Shown one piece after another: positions 63,632-64,000 of a DNA stretch of 64,000 bases. The notes beneath the pieces are model-generated. The model had not been told where the DNA came from. It worked only from the letters and a program-made list of their open reading frames with translations, and ran no database searches. The stretch is from Bacteriovoracia bacterium (lineage in GTDB: Bacteria; Bdellovibrionota; UBA1018; CAIPTA01), in contig JBFWVL010000003.1 of the NCBI GenBank assembly GCA_050246755.1, positions 1-64,000 on the forward strand. Reading direction: 5' to 3'. The stretch's first letter is position 1. Each line of letters begins with the position of its first letter. The translations under genes were made by a program, and so were the position numbers.

Positions 63632-64000
63632 GTACGTCTTTTTCCAATTCCGGAACACGTAGTACCGGGCAAGTTTTGCCCGCTAGCTCCTTAACAAGTT
63701 TAAGGTTTTTTTCCTCTTCTTCCACCACAAAGCGCAAGCGCCGGTAGTTTTCGGCCACCACCTCCGGGGCGGAAGCAAGCCCGCGGGGACTTTCTTCGGG
63801 GGCTAAGTGGCTGAGGCTGCGGTTCACCACGAAGGCGAGGATATCGATGCCTTGTTTTTTCGCATCGGCGAGGAAAGGCTTTGCTTCCCCGCGGGAAATA
63901 TCCGAAGGGCTCGTGATAAAAAGCGCCCCGGCCTGTTTGCTCGTGAGCAGTTCCCGGATTTTTTCCTGCCGCGCCACGAAAGCCGATTTCACCTTTTGGA
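63588..64000 (-). CDS. C-terminal part of an ArsA/GET3-like ATPase, truncated by the window edge
   Basis: ITSP...E, FVVNR, VPELEKDVHDLPSL, typical of the ArsA-family C-terminus. Confidence 0.65.
   Translation of the reverse strand, partial: QKVKSAFVARQEKIRELLTSKQAGALFITSPSDISRGEAKPFLADAKKQGIDILAFVVNRSLSHLAPEESPRGLASAPEVVAENYRRLRFVVEEEEKNLKLVKELAGKTCPVLRVPELEKDVHDLPSLLQLARYLE

Noticed and set aside
1-64000. tRNA, rRNA, riboswitch, prophage or defence island
   Set aside because: None recognised by eye. Intergenic regions are short and no phage or defence genes are evident; a covariance-model scan would be needed to exclude small RNAs.

Overview
A gene-dense, moderately GC-rich bacterial chromosomal segment with about 67 protein-coding genes. 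I found no rRNA, tRNA or CRISPR array. The gene families (many small secreted proteins, MCP/CheW, HiPIP, Acidithiobacillus-type GshA, ArsA-like ATPase) suggest a Bdellovibrionota/Oligoflexia-like organism, which is inference only. Most genes are housekeeping or envelope genes. The standout is a purine (urate) catabolism locus at 5.7-12.3 kb: membrane urate hydroxylase PuuD, HIU hydrolase UraH, and a 1539-aa four-domain protein fusing malate synthase, OHCU decarboxylase, a beta-lactamase-fold serine hydrolase and allantoicase. No allantoinase or ureidoglycolate lyase is present, and the serine hydrolase sits exactly between the domains that make allantoin and consume allantoate, so it is a candidate new class of allantoinase. 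Other notable items are a Tgt-MnmD-like wobble-modification fusion, a stand-alone AEP primase-like gene, a recurring leaderless-type promoter layout, two consensus sigma54 promoters, loopless palindromes, a Gly-rich repeat lipoprotein and a gshA-CBS-CGL sulfur cluster. All calls come from motif recognition by eye; no database searches were run, and several start codons were re-chosen downstream of the ORF-track starts.
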